From an uncultured Verrucomicrobiota bacterium (GTDB taxonomy: Bacteria > Verrucomicrobiota > Verrucomicrobiia > Limisphaerales > J093): DNA of 64,000 nucleotides. The DNA is taken from assembly GCA_964601985.1 (NCBI GenBank), contig CAZRPT010000073.1:390-64389 (forward strand), in the 5' to 3' direction. Made by a program: the position numbers and the translations under genes. Below, in pieces: positions 9,265 through 18,143 of the stretch. The notes under the pieces are model-generated. The model searched no databases. It was not told the origin of the DNA and saw only the letters and a list, made by a program, of their open reading frames with translations. Each line of letters starts with the position of its first letter. Within the stretch, counting starts at the first letter, position 1.

Positions 9265-9290
9265 GGAACGGGACAGCTTGTTCAAACGTT
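9265..9290 (+). promoter_or_regulatory. Candidate ECF-type promoter facing the TetR/efflux operon (GGAAC-N17-CGTT)
   Basis: GGAAC at 9265-9269, a 17-nt spacer, CGTT at 9287-9290. Lies 36 nt upstream of the TetR GTG. Confidence 0.25.
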
Positions 9291-9305
9291 CGTTTGAAAC
9301 AAACG
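9283..9305. promoter_or_regulatory. Candidate TetR operator: CAAACG-TT-CGTTTG palindrome plus a third CAAACG half-site
   Basis: caaacgttcgtttg at 9283-9296 (6-bp perfect arms, 2-nt spacer), followed by aaaCAAACG (9300-9305). Immediately upstream of the TetR start. Confidence 0.4.
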
Positions 9306-9325
9306 TCCGACTGACGCGCTCGTCC

Positions 9326-9985
9326 GTGACCGCCACGCCGAAAGACACGAAGGAAGCCCTGCTCGACGCCGCCGAGACGGTGTTCGCCGAGGCGGGCTTT
9401 CAGCGGGCCTCGATCCGGCAGATCGTGGCCCGGGCGGGAGTGAACCTGGCGGCGGTGCATTATCACTTCGGCTCGAAGGAGGCCCTCCTGGAAGCGGTGT
9501 TCGAGCGGGGGCTGGGGCCGGTGAACCAGGAGCGGCTGGCCCGCCTGACCGCCGTGGAAACGGCGGCGGGGGACGGGCCGCCGGCGCTGGAGGCGGTGCT
9601 GGAGGCGTTTCTGGCGCCGATGCTGCGGCCGGACATGGGCCATGCGCGGCGAAGCGCCCGGTTGCGGCAGCTTTACGGCCGCCTGATGGCGGAATCCGGC
9701 GACAAGCTCCGGCAGGTGATGCACCGCCAGTTCGCCGTCATCCTGCGGCGCTTCGGCGCGGCGTTTCAGCGGGCCAACCCGCATTTGTCCGAGACGGATT
9801 GCGCCTGGCGGATGTTTTTCACCATCGGCGCCGCCGTGCACACCATCATGGATCCCCCCGGACTGCGGCAGTTGACCCGCGGCTTGTGCGATCCCACCGA
9901 CACGAACGCCACGCTGGAGCAACTGGTGCAGTTCGTCGCCGCCGGATTCCGCTCCCCCGGGGTGACCAAAGGAGGTGAGGCATGA
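9326..9985 (+). CDS. TetR/AcrR family transcriptional regulator
   Basis: HTH KEALLDAAETVFAEAGFQRASIRQIVARAGVNLAAVHYHFGSKEALL. The in-frame GTG at 9326 gives a normal length; the track start at 9101 adds 75 implausible residues. The stop overlaps the next ATG (ATGA). Confidence 0.85.
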   Translation: MTATPKDTKEALLDAAETVFAEAGFQRASIRQIVARAGVNLAAVHYHFGSKEALLEAVFERGLGPVNQERLARLTAVETAAGDGPPALEAVLEAFLAPMLRPDMGHARRSARLRQLYGRLMAESGDKLRQVMHRQFAVILRRFGAAFQRANPHLSETDCAWRMFFTIGAAVHTIMDPPGLRQLTRGLCDPTDTNATLEQLVQFVAAGFRSPGVTKGGEA

Positions 9986-11439
9986 AGCGCTTCCGTTCCG
10001 GGCTGCCATTGGCACTGCTGCTGCTGCTGCTGACCTCCTGCGCCACCGCGCCGGAGAAGACGAAGGTGGCGAACCTGCCCACGCCCGCGGCGTGGACGGC
10101 GGCGACGAACCAGGTCGCCGGCGGGCTGGATCATTGGTGGACGACCTTCGGCAGCACGAATTTGAACGCGGTGGTCGCGGAGGCCCTGGCCCGGAATCAC
10201 GATCTGAAACAGGCCCTGGCCCGGGTGGACGCGGCGCTGGCGCAGGCGCGAATCGCGGGCGCGGAGGGGTTGCCGGAAGTGGCCCTCAGCGCGGATGCCA
10301 GCAAGCGGCAGCAGGTGTTCGTGGGACTGCCCATCCCCGGCAGGAGCGGTCCGTTGAAGTCGAAATCCACCGCCTACACCGCCCTGCTCAATGTCAGTTG
10401 GGAACTGGACGTGTGGGGACGCATCCGGGCCGGCCAGAGCGCCGCGATGGCGGACGTGCAGGCCTCGGAGGAGGATTACCGGGGCGCGATGCAGTCCCTG
10501 GCCGCGCAAACCGTGCAGGCGTGGCTGGCGGTGGTGGCGGCGCAACGCCAGTTGCAACTGGCCGAGGCCACCGTCGCGAGCTTCACCCTCACCGCCGACC
10601 AGGTGGGCGAACGGTATCGGCGGGGCCTGCGCACGGCCCTGGATTACCGGCTGGCCCTGAACAGCGCGGCTTCGGCGCGGGCGCTGCGGGCCCAGCGCCA
10701 ACGCGAGCTGCAGACCGCCCGGCGGCAGTTGGAAACCCTGTTGGGCCGTTACCCGGCCAACGCGTTGAAGGTGGCGGACGCGCTGCCGGAGCTGAGCGCC
10801 CCCGTCCCCGCCGGCCTGCCCAGCGAGCTGCTCGAACGCCGGCCCGACCTGGCGGCCGGAGAGCGCCGGCTGGCCGCGACGCTGGCCCGGGTGAAGGAGG
10901 CGAAGCGGGCGCTGCTGCCGCGCATCAGCCTGACCGCCAGCGGCGGGCGCTCCAGCTCCGAACTGTCCGACCTGCTCGACAGCGATTTCAACATGTGGAC
11001 CCTGGGCGCGAACCTGCTCCAGCCGCTCTTCCAGGGAGGCCGGTTGCGGGCCAACATCAAGCTCACCGAAGCCCGGGCGCGCCAGGCGCTCGAGGCCTAT
11101 CACGGCCTCGTGCTGCGGGCGTTTCGCGAGGTGGAGACCGCGCTGGCCTCGGAAGCCCACCTGGCGGCCCGCGAAGCCGCCGTGACCGAGGCGGTCCACC
11201 AGTCCCGGGAAGCCCTCCGGCTGGCGCGGGAGCGCTATTTCGCCGGGTTGATTGATTTCGTGACGGTGACCGAATCACAGCGCAACGCCTACAACGCCGA
11301 GACGGAGCTCATCCTCGTGCGCCAGCAACGGCTGGCCAACCGGGTGGATCTCTACCTGGCGCTGGGCGGCGGATTCAGTCCCCCGCAAGCGACGGAGGTC
11401 GCGGCGGCCGGCAAGCCGGAGCCGCTTCCCCAGCAATGA
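9982..11439 (+). CDS. RND efflux outer-membrane factor lipoprotein (NodT family)
   Basis: Lipobox LLLLTSC. Full-length OMF-like sequence (two repeats, ...DLYLALGGGF near the C-terminus). SD aaaggagg upstream. Confidence 0.85.
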   Translation: MKRFRSGLPLALLLLLLTSCATAPEKTKVANLPTPAAWTAATNQVAGGLDHWWTTFGSTNLNAVVAEALARNHDLKQALARVDAALAQARIAGAEGLPEVALSADASKRQQVFVGLPIPGRSGPLKSKSTAYTALLNVSWELDVWGRIRAGQSAAMADVQASEEDYRGAMQSLAAQTVQAWLAVVAAQRQLQLAEATVASFTLTADQVGERYRRGLRTALDYRLALNSAASARALRAQRQRELQTARRQLETLLGRYPANALKVADALPELSAPVPAGLPSELLERRPDLAAGERRLAATLARVKEAKRALLPRISLTASGGRSSSELSDLLDSDFNMWTLGANLLQPLFQGGRLRANIKLTEARARQALEAYHGLVLRAFREVETALASEAHLAAREAAVTEAVHQSREALRLARERYFAGLIDFVTVTESQRNAYNAETELILVRQQRLANRVDLYLALGGGFSPPQATEVAAAGKPEPLPQQ

Positions 11440-11440
11440 G

Positions 11441-12655
11441 ATGAACCGTTTCCTGAAAATCCTTCCGCCGGTCGGGGTGCTGCTGCTGGGCGGCCTCGTC
11501 CTGGCGCTGATGCTGCACCACCGCCGGCAGGCCGTGCCCACGCCCCCCGTCCCGCAACGCCCGCTGGTGCGGGTGAGCGGGTTGAGCCCCACGAACCACC
11601 AGTTCCACGTGCGCACCCAGGGGATTGTGTCCCCGCGCACCGAGATCGAGCTGGTGGCCGAGGTCGCCGGGCGGATCATCAAGATCGCGCCCACGTTCAA
11701 CCCCGGCGGCTTCTTCGCCGAGGGCGACGAGCTGGTGCTGATTGATCCCCGCGACTACGAGCTGGCGGTGACCCAGGCCGAGGCCACCCTCGCCCAGGCC
11801 CAAACCGCCCTGGATCGCGAGGAGGCCGAGGCCGCCGTGGCCCGGGCCGAGTGGAAACGGCTGGGCACGGGCGAGCCGAGTCCGCTGCTGCTGCGCAAGC
11901 CGCAACTGGCCCAGGCCCGGGCGGCGGTGGCCTCCGCGCGGGCCCGGCTGCAAATCGCCAAACGGGATCTGGAACGCTGCCGGGTGAAGGCCCCCTTCGC
12001 CGGACGCGTGCGCACCAAGCAGGCGGATGTCGGCCAGTTCGTGAACCGCGGGAGCCGGCTGGCCCGGATTTACGCCGTGGACTACGTCGAAATCCGGCTG
12101 CCGCTGCCGCTGGACGACCTGGCCTACGTGGATTTGCCGGTGGACTACCGGGGCGAAACCGCCGCCCACCCGGGCCCGAAAGCGCGCCTCTCCGCCCGCA
12201 TCGGCGGCCGGCTGTTCACCTGGGAGGGACGGATCGTGCGCACCGAGGGCGAGGTGGATCCCCGCACCCGCATGGTCACGGCGGTGGCCCGGGTGGACGA
12301 TCCCTACGCCCGCAGCGCCGAATGGGACAAGCCGCCGCTGGCGGTGGGACTGTTCGTCGAGGCGGACATCCTCGGCAAGACCGTCACGGATGTGTACCGG
12401 GCGCCGCGCGCCGCGTTTCACAATGACCGCACGCTGCGGGTGGTGGACCGCGACGACCGGCTGCGGTTCCGGGCGGTGAAGATTCTGCGGCGCGAGGCGG
12501 ACGAGGTGGTCTTTCGCGACGGCGTGCAACCGGGCGACCGGATTTGCGTCTCGCCGCTCGAAGTGGCGACCGACGGAATGCACGTGCGGGTGCTGAACGA
12601 GACGCCCCGCCCGCCGGCGCCGGCCGCGAAGGCCGCGCCCAAGGAGGACGCATGA
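11441..12655 (+). CDS. RND efflux periplasmic adaptor (MFP/HlyD family)
   Basis: N-terminal TM, coiled-coil hairpin (AQAQTALDREEAEAAVARAEW...ARARLQIAKRDLERCRVKAPFAGRV). Lies between the OMF and RND genes. Confidence 0.85.
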   Translation: MNRFLKILPPVGVLLLGGLVLALMLHHRRQAVPTPPVPQRPLVRVSGLSPTNHQFHVRTQGIVSPRTEIELVAEVAGRIIKIAPTFNPGGFFAEGDELVLIDPRDYELAVTQAEATLAQAQTALDREEAEAAVARAEWKRLGTGEPSPLLLRKPQLAQARAAVASARARLQIAKRDLERCRVKAPFAGRVRTKQADVGQFVNRGSRLARIYAVDYVEIRLPLPLDDLAYVDLPVDYRGETAAHPGPKARLSARIGGRLFTWEGRIVRTEGEVDPRTRMVTAVARVDDPYARSAEWDKPPLAVGLFVEADILGKTVTDVYRAPRAAFHNDRTLRVVDRDDRLRFRAVKILRREADEVVFRDGVQPGDRICVSPLEVATDGMHVRVLNETPRPPAPAAKAAPKEDA

Positions 12656-15600
12656 AAGGCGGCCTGATTGCCTGGTTCACCCGCAACGGGGTGGCGGCCA
12701 ACCTGCTGTTGATCGTCATCGCCGCGGGAGGCCTGCTGGCCCTCCCCCACATCCGGAAGGAGATCTTCCCCGAGTTCTCCTCCGACATGATCTCCGTCAC
12801 CATGCGCTACCGGGGCGCCTCGCCGGAGGAGGTGGAGGAGGCGGTGTGCGTGCGCATCGAGGAGGCCATTCAGGGCATCGAGGGCATCAAGCGCATCCGC
12901 TCGACCGCCAATGAGGGCAACGCCGTCGTCACCGCCGAACTGTTTCCCAACGCCGACAACCGCCGGGTGCTCGACGACATCAAGGCCCGCGTGGACGCCA
13001 TTGACACCTTTCCCGAGGAAACCGACAAGCCCATCATCCAGGAGGTCATCATGCGCACCCAGGTCATCAACGTGGCCGTGGCGGGCAACGCGGATGAACT
13101 CACCCTCAAGCGGCTCGGCGAACGGGTGCGGGACGACCTCGCCAGCGAGCCGGGCATCTCGCAGGTGGACCTCGTGGTGGCCCGCCCCTACGAAATCTCG
13201 ATCGAGGTCTCCGAGGAGGCGCTGCGCCGGTACGGGCTCACCTTCGACGAAGTGACCCGGGCGGTGCGCCGCTCCTCGCTGGACCTGCCGGGCGGCTCGA
13301 TCAAGACCGCGGGCGGGGAGTTCCTGCTGCGGGTCAAGGGCCAGGCCTACCGGGCGCCGGATTTCGAAAAGCTCCCCCTGCGCACCCTGCCGGACGGCGC
13401 GCGCCTGCTGCTGGGCGACGTGGCCCACGTGGTGGACGGCTTCGAGGAGGACGTGCGCCGGGCGTGGTTCAACGGCAAGCCCGGCGTGGTGGTGATGGTG
13501 TTTCGCGTCGGCGACGAAAGCGCGTTGCAAATCAGCAAGATCGTCCATCGCTACGTGGAACAGGCCCAGGCGCGCATGCCCGAGGGCGTCACGCTGACCA
13601 CCTACGCCGACTACGCCCAGTACCTGCGCAGCCGCATCAACCTCCTCCTGCGCAACGCCCGCATGGGATTCGTGCTGGTCTTCTTCATCCTGGCCCTCTT
13701 CCTCCGCCTCCGGCTGGCCATCTGGGTGAGCCTCGGCATTCCGGTCTCCTTCCTGGGCACCCTCTGGCTGATGCCCTCGTTGGATGTCTCGATCAACATG
13801 ATCTCGCTCTTCGCCTTCCTGCTGGTGCTGGGCATCGTGGTGGACGACGCGATCGTGGTGGGGGAAAACGTGTACACCCACTATCAGCGGGGCAAGAGCG
13901 CCCGGCAGGCGGCCATTGACGGCGCCCGGCAGATGGCGGTGCCGGTGGTTTTCGCGGTGCTCACCACCGTGGCGGCCTTTCTCCCCCTGCTCGCCGTCGA
14001 GGGCAACACCGGCAAGATCATGCGGGCCATCCCGTTGATCGTGATTCCCACGCTGCTGTTTTCGCTCACTGAATCCATGCTCTGCGTGCCCAATCACCTG
14101 AGCCACTTCAAACCCAAACCCGACCACGACGACGGCCGGTGGCGCCCGTTTCACTGGCTGCAGGAACATTTCGCCCGGAAACTGGCCTGGTTCATTGACC
14201 GGGTGTACCGCCCCTTCCTGGACCTCTGCCTGCGCCACCGCTACCTGACCTTGTCGGCGGCCTGCGCCAGCCTGCTGGTCGGCGTCGGCCTGTTCGCGGG
14301 CGGATTCGTGAAGTTTCAGTTCTTCCCGCCGGTGGAGGGGGACGACATCGGCGCCTTCGTGACCATGCCCGAAGGCTGCGCGCCCGAAGTGATCCGGGAC
14401 GCCGTCTTTCAGATTCAGGCGGCCACCGAGCAGCTCCAGAAGGAATACGCCGACCAGAAGACCCTCACCGGCCGCGGCATCTTTTACAACATCCTCACCT
14501 CGGTGGGGGACCAGCCCTACCGGGCCGCCCTCACCCGGCACGCCGGCGGCGCGGGCGACTCCTACGCCAAACCGAACGTGGGCGAGGTGCACATCCAGCT
14601 TGCCCCCTCCGAGGAGCGAACCGTCTCCGCGAACGACATCGTCAACCGCTGGCGGGAGCTGACCGGCGAAATCCCCGGCGCCGTCGAGCTGGTGTTCACC
14701 TCCTCCCTCTTCAGCACCGGCGACGCCATCAACATCCAGCTCACCGGCCCCGACGTGGCCCAGCTCCGCATGGCCGCCAACGAACTCAAGACCGCCCTCG
14801 CGGGCTACCGGGGCGTGATTGACATCGCGGACTCCTACCGCTCCGGCAAACAGGAAATCAAACTCGCCATCAAGCCCTCCGCCGAGGCCACCGGCCTCAC
14901 CCTCCAGGACCTCGCCCGCCAGGTGCGCCAGGCCTTTTACGGCGAGGAAGCCCAGCGCATCCAGCGCGGGCGGGACGACGTCCGCGTGATGGTGCGATAC
15001 CCCAAGGACGAACGACGCTCGCTCAGCAACCTCGAACAAATGCGCATCCGCCTGCCCGACGGCATCGAGGTGCCCTTCTCCGCCGTGGCCGTGGCGCGGA
15101 TCGGCCAGGGCTACGCCTCGATCGAGCGGGTGGACCGCCGCCGCGCCCTCAACGTCACCGCCGACGTGGACCTCACCAAGACCACCAGCAAGGAAGTGCT
15201 GGACGCGCTGAAAAAGAAGGAGCTGCCCGCCCTCGTCGCCAAGTATCCCGGCCTGCGCTACAGCTTCGAAGGCGAGCAACGCGAACAACGCGACACCATG
15301 AAGAGCCTCCAGCGCGGATTCATCATGGCCCTGTTCCTCATCTTCGCCCTCATCGCGATACCGCTCAAATCCTACATCCACCCGCTGGTGGTCATGTCCG
15401 CCATCCCCTTCGGCTTCTTCGGCGCGATCGTCGGACACCTTGTCATGGGCATGAACCTGACCGTCCTTTCCATGTTCGGCTTCGTGGCGCTGGCGGGAGT
15501 GGCGGTGAACGACACCCTCGTGCTGGTGGACGCCATCAACGCCGCCCGCCGGGCCGGCACGCCGCTGCTCACCGCCGTGCGCAACGCCGGCCGCAGCCGC

Positions 15601-15861
15601 TTCCGCCCCATCCTGCTCACCTCCCTCACCACCTTCGCCGGCCTGAGCCCGTTGATCCTCGAAAAAAGCGTGCAGGCCCAGTTCCTCATCCCGATGGCCA
15701 TCTCCCTCGGCTTCGGCGTGCTCTACTGCACCTTCACCACCCTGCTGCTGGTGCCCTCGCTCTACCTCATCATCGAGGACCTCAACCGGCTGGTGAAACG
15801 CTTCTTCGGCGTGGAAATCCCCCTCGAAGCCGAGGAACTCGAACCATCCGCCCTCGAATAA
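12652..15861 (+). CDS. RND efflux inner-membrane permease (AcrB/HAE family)
   Basis: About 1070 aa with a 12-TM AcrB-like pattern. ATG 12652 overlaps the MFP stop (ATGA), and MKGGLIAWFTRNGVAANLLLIVI is a typical N-terminus. The track start at 12544 is upstream junk. Confidence 0.9.
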   Translation: MKGGLIAWFTRNGVAANLLLIVIAAGGLLALPHIRKEIFPEFSSDMISVTMRYRGASPEEVEEAVCVRIEEAIQGIEGIKRIRSTANEGNAVVTAELFPNADNRRVLDDIKARVDAIDTFPEETDKPIIQEVIMRTQVINVAVAGNADELTLKRLGERVRDDLASEPGISQVDLVVARPYEISIEVSEEALRRYGLTFDEVTRAVRRSSLDLPGGSIKTAGGEFLLRVKGQAYRAPDFEKLPLRTLPDGARLLLGDVAHVVDGFEEDVRRAWFNGKPGVVVMVFRVGDESALQISKIVHRYVEQAQARMPEGVTLTTYADYAQYLRSRINLLLRNARMGFVLVFFILALFLRLRLAIWVSLGIPVSFLGTLWLMPSLDVSINMISLFAFLLVLGIVVDDAIVVGENVYTHYQRGKSARQAAIDGARQMAVPVVFAVLTTVAAFLPLLAVEGNTGKIMRAIPLIVIPTLLFSLTESMLCVPNHLSHFKPKPDHDDGRWRPFHWLQEHFARKLAWFIDRVYRPFLDLCLRHRYLTLSAACASLLVGVGLFAGGFVKFQFFPPVEGDDIGAFVTMPEGCAPEVIRDAVFQIQAATEQLQKEYADQKTLTGRGIFYNILTSVGDQPYRAALTRHAGGAGDSYAKPNVGEVHIQLAPSEERTVSANDIVNRWRELTGEIPGAVELVFTSSLFSTGDAINIQLTGPDVAQLRMAANELKTALAGYRGVIDIADSYRSGKQEIKLAIKPSAEATGLTLQDLARQVRQAFYGEEAQRIQRGRDDVRVMVRYPKDERRSLSNLEQMRIRLPDGIEVPFSAVAVARIGQGYASIERVDRRRALNVTADVDLTKTTSKEVLDALKKKELPALVAKYPGLRYSFEGEQREQRDTMKSLQRGFIMALFLIFALIAIPLKSYIHPLVVMSAIPFGFFGAIVGHLVMGMNLTVLSMFGFVALAGVAVNDTLVLVDAINAARRAGTPLLTAVRNAGRSRFRPILLTSLTTFAGLSPLILEKSVQAQFLIPMAISLGFGVLYCTFTTLLLVPSLYLIIEDLNRLVKRFFGVEIPLEAEELEPSALE

Positions 15862-15885
15862 CCTCCACTTCGGGGAAAGACGGCC

Positions 15886-15904
15886 GGGGGCGGAAAACGC
15901 CCCC
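15886..15904 (+). terminator. GC hairpin after the RND gene (GGGGGCG-gaaaa-CGCCCCC), no U-tract
   Basis: Perfect 7-bp stem 25 nt after the TAA at 15859-15861. Not followed by T residues. Confidence 0.3.
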
Positions 15905-16048
15905 CTCCCGCGGGCCCGTCGTTTCCCCGGCGGGTCGCGCCGGGCGCCCCGTCCGGCTTTCGGGCGCGCGGGGATCCGTTGAAGCGGCCGCGAGCAGGGA
16001 CGGGGGAAGGCTTCGGCGGGACGTCGAATCAACCCGCGGGAACCCCTC

Positions 16049-16099
16049 TGAAAACGCCGGGTGGGAACATCCGGCCCACCGCCAAGGGGCGTTTGCGCC
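16049..16099 (+). repeat. Dispersed hairpin repeat family R1, copy C (diverged)
   Basis: tGAAAACGCCGGGTGGGAACATCCGGCCCaccgccaaGGGGCGTTTGCGCC aligns with copy B (60538-60589) block by block: GAAAACGCCGGGT / GGGAAC / CCGGCCC / GGGG / TTTGCGCC. Confidence 0.5.
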
Positions 16100-16366
16100 A
16101 TCGCCGCGGGTCACGCCCCCCCCACGCGGCGGGATGCCCCATCAGACAGGCTCCGAGAGGCGGGCGCCCCCCAACAAGCAAACTCCCCTTCAGACAGAAA
16201 ACGCAAAAACAACCGTAACGGGCATGAGCAGAGCGGACGTCCGCGCCGCTCGGAGGACCGCCGGATGAATTCCGGATGACGCCATTTCGGAAAGATGGAT
16301 CCCCGCGCCAAAACCTCCCGGGCGGAAGCGGGATTTTCGTGCGTTCCGGGGGGGGATAAGAACGAA

Positions 16367-16388
16367 GCAGCCCCCGGAGGGGGGCTGC
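16367..16388 (-). terminator. Probable intrinsic terminator of the alpha operon (after rplQ)
   Basis: GCAGCCCCC-ggag-GGGGGCTGC, a perfect 9-bp stem 34 nt after the rplQ stop. On the minus strand it is followed by TTCGTTCTTAT. Confidence 0.5.
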
Positions 16389-16421
16389 CTGGGTCGAAAG
16401 GAGGAGAAAACAAGGACGCGG

Positions 16422-17018
16422 TCAGGCGTCCTTCTTTTCGTCGTCCTTCTTTTCCGCGGTCGCCGGTTCTTCGTCCGCCTTTTCGGCCTTCGCGGCTTCT
16501 TCGGCGGCGGCTTTGGCGGCGGTCTCGGAGGGGTCCTCCGCCTTTTCGGCCGCTTCCGCCGGGGCTTCTTCCTTCGCTTCGGCGGCGGCTTCCGCTTCGC
16601 CGGGCGCGGGGGCGGGGGCGGTTTCCTCCGCCTCCGTCTTCGCCGGGGCCGCCGGGATCACGGCCTCCTCGACCCATTCGAGGATGGCCATGGGCGCGGC
16701 GTCGCCGACGCGCTGGTGCAGCCGGACAATGCGGGTGTAGCCGCCGTTGCGGTTTTCGAACAGGGGGGCGATTTCATGGAAGAGCACGCGGGCGGCATCC
16801 TCCTGGCGGAGCCGCGAGGCGGCCAGGCGGCGGTGGTGCAGGGTGCCCTTCTTGGCCAGGGTCACCATCTTCTCCGCCACGGGGCGCGCGGCCTTGGCTT
16901 TCGCCAGGGTCGTGGTGATCCGCCGGTGGAGGATGAGGCTGCAGACCAAATTCGCCAGCATGGCGTTCCGATGTTCGCCCTTGCGGCCCAGTTTCGCGTT
17001 GCGTTTGCGATGGCGCAT
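16422..17018 (-). CDS. rplQ: 50S ribosomal protein L17 with an acidic Ala/Glu/Lys/Pro-rich C-terminal tail of about 80 aa
   Basis: MRHRKRNAKLGRKGEHRNAMLANLVCSLILHRRITTTLAKAKA... L17 core to about aa 118, then ...PAAPAKTEAEETAPAPAPGEAEAAAEAKEEAPAEAAEKAED...KKDDEKKDA. Confidence 0.95.
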   Translation of the reverse strand: MRHRKRNAKLGRKGEHRNAMLANLVCSLILHRRITTTLAKAKAARPVAEKMVTLAKKGTLHHRRLAASRLRQEDAARVLFHEIAPLFENRNGGYTRIVRLHQRVGDAAPMAILEWVEEAVIPAAPAKTEAEETAPAPAPGEAEAAAEAKEEAPAEAAEKAEDPSETAAKAAAEEAAKAEKADEEPATAEKKDDEKKDA

Positions 17019-17022
17019 AGTG

Positions 17023-18045
17023 TCAAATGGTTTTCTTGGCCGATCCCTTGGCCGCTTCGAGCAGGCTGGGATCCAGGTTCATCCCCAGCGTGAGGCCGAG
17101 GGACTGGAGTTTTTCCTTGATCTCGTTCAGCGATTTCTTGCCGAAGTTCCGGTATTTGAGCATCTCCTGCTCGGTCTTGGTGGCCAGCTCGCCCACGGTG
17201 GTGATGTTGGCGTTGTTGAGGCAGTTGGCGGCGCGAACGCTCAGCTCGATCTCGTTCACGCTCATGGCCAGCAGTTTGCGCATGCGGTTGCGCTCCTCGT
17301 CCTGGGCGCTGGCGTCTTCCTCGAATTCGATGGCGTTCTTGTCGTAGCCGACGAAGACGTCCAAGTGCTTCTGCAAAATGGCCGACGCCTGCGTGAGGGC
17401 GTCCTCGGGACTGATGCGGCCGTCGGTCCAGATTTCGAGGATCAGGCGGTCGTAGTCGGTCTTCTGGCCCACGCGGGCGTCCTCGACCGTGTAGCGGACG
17501 CGCACCACCGGCGAGAAGAGGGAGTCAATGGCGATGACGCCGATGGGCTGGTCGGGTTTTTTGTTTTCGTCGCCCGGGCAGAAGCCGCGTCCCACGCGGA
17601 CCTCGAATTCCATCTCGAGCTTGCGCTTCTTGCTCAGGGTGCAGATGAGCTGATCCGGGTTCGCCAGTTCGAGCCCCTGACAGAGCTCGATGTCCTTGGC
17701 CAGCACGGGGCCTTCCTTGTTCACCGAGAGCATCAGCCGGGGAAACTCCCGGGCGTCGGAGGTGGCCTTGAATTTCACCTGCTTGAGGTTGAGGACGATT
17801 TCGGTCACGTCCTCGACCACGTCCGGCACGGTGGTGAACTCGTGCATGGCGCCCTCGATCTTCACCGAGGTGATGGCGGCCCCCTCCAAGGAGGAGAGCA
17901 GCACGCGCCGGAGCGAGTTGCCGATGGTGTACCCGTAGCCGGTTTCAAACGGCTCGGCGGTGAACTTCGCGTAGGTGGGGGTGCTGGTTTCCTCGTCCCG
18001 CTTGAGGTGACGAGGCATTTCGAATTTTCCTAAACGGACTGGCAT
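17023..18045 (-). CDS. rpoA: DNA-directed RNA polymerase alpha subunit
   Basis: 340 aa. GYGYTIGNSLRRVLLSSLEGAAITSVKIEG... and C-terminal domain ELSVRAANCLNNANITTVGEL. Confidence 0.97.
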   Translation of the reverse strand: MPVRLGKFEMPRHLKRDEETSTPTYAKFTAEPFETGYGYTIGNSLRRVLLSSLEGAAITSVKIEGAMHEFTTVPDVVEDVTEIVLNLKQVKFKATSDAREFPRLMLSVNKEGPVLAKDIELCQGLELANPDQLICTLSKKRKLEMEFEVRVGRGFCPGDENKKPDQPIGVIAIDSLFSPVVRVRYTVEDARVGQKTDYDRLILEIWTDGRISPEDALTQASAILQKHLDVFVGYDKNAIEFEEDASAQDEERNRMRKLLAMSVNEIELSVRAANCLNNANITTVGELATKTEQEMLKYRNFGKKSLNEIKEKLQSLGLTLGMNLDPSLLEAAKGSAKKTI

Positions 18046-18059
18046 CTTTCTTTCGGGTT

Positions 18060-18143
18060 CGACAATTGCAACCTGATCCCCGGGCGATTCCCGCGCGCCC
18101 GGAGACCCATATAATTGTCGCCTCCGCGACCGGCGGAGGAGGG
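18060..18143 (-). other. Structured rpsD-rpoA spacer (three nested or adjacent hairpins)
   Basis: CCTCCGC-gaccg-GCGGAGG (18121-18139) directly after the rpsD stop. Outer A/T-rich arms CGACAATT (18060-18067) / AATTGTCG (18113-18120) enclose CCGGGCG...CGCCCGG. Confidence 0.3.

Noticed and set aside
10015-10032. A (CTG)n trinucleotide run.
   Set aside because: It encodes the Leu-rich signal peptide of the OMF lipoprotein (LLLLLL) and is not an independent repeat element.
9766-16101. Minus-strand ORFs 9766..11199, 11375..12583 and 12418..16101 (1227 aa) across the efflux operon.
   Set aside because: They are antisense shadows of the OMF, MFP and RND genes, and the plus-strand products have clear family signatures.
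16111-16918. ORFs 16111..16677 (-) and 16295..16918 (+) in or around the RND/rplQ gap.
   Set aside because: They are Arg/Gly/Pro/Ser low-complexity products. They partly shadow the rplQ tail and have no start context or motifs.
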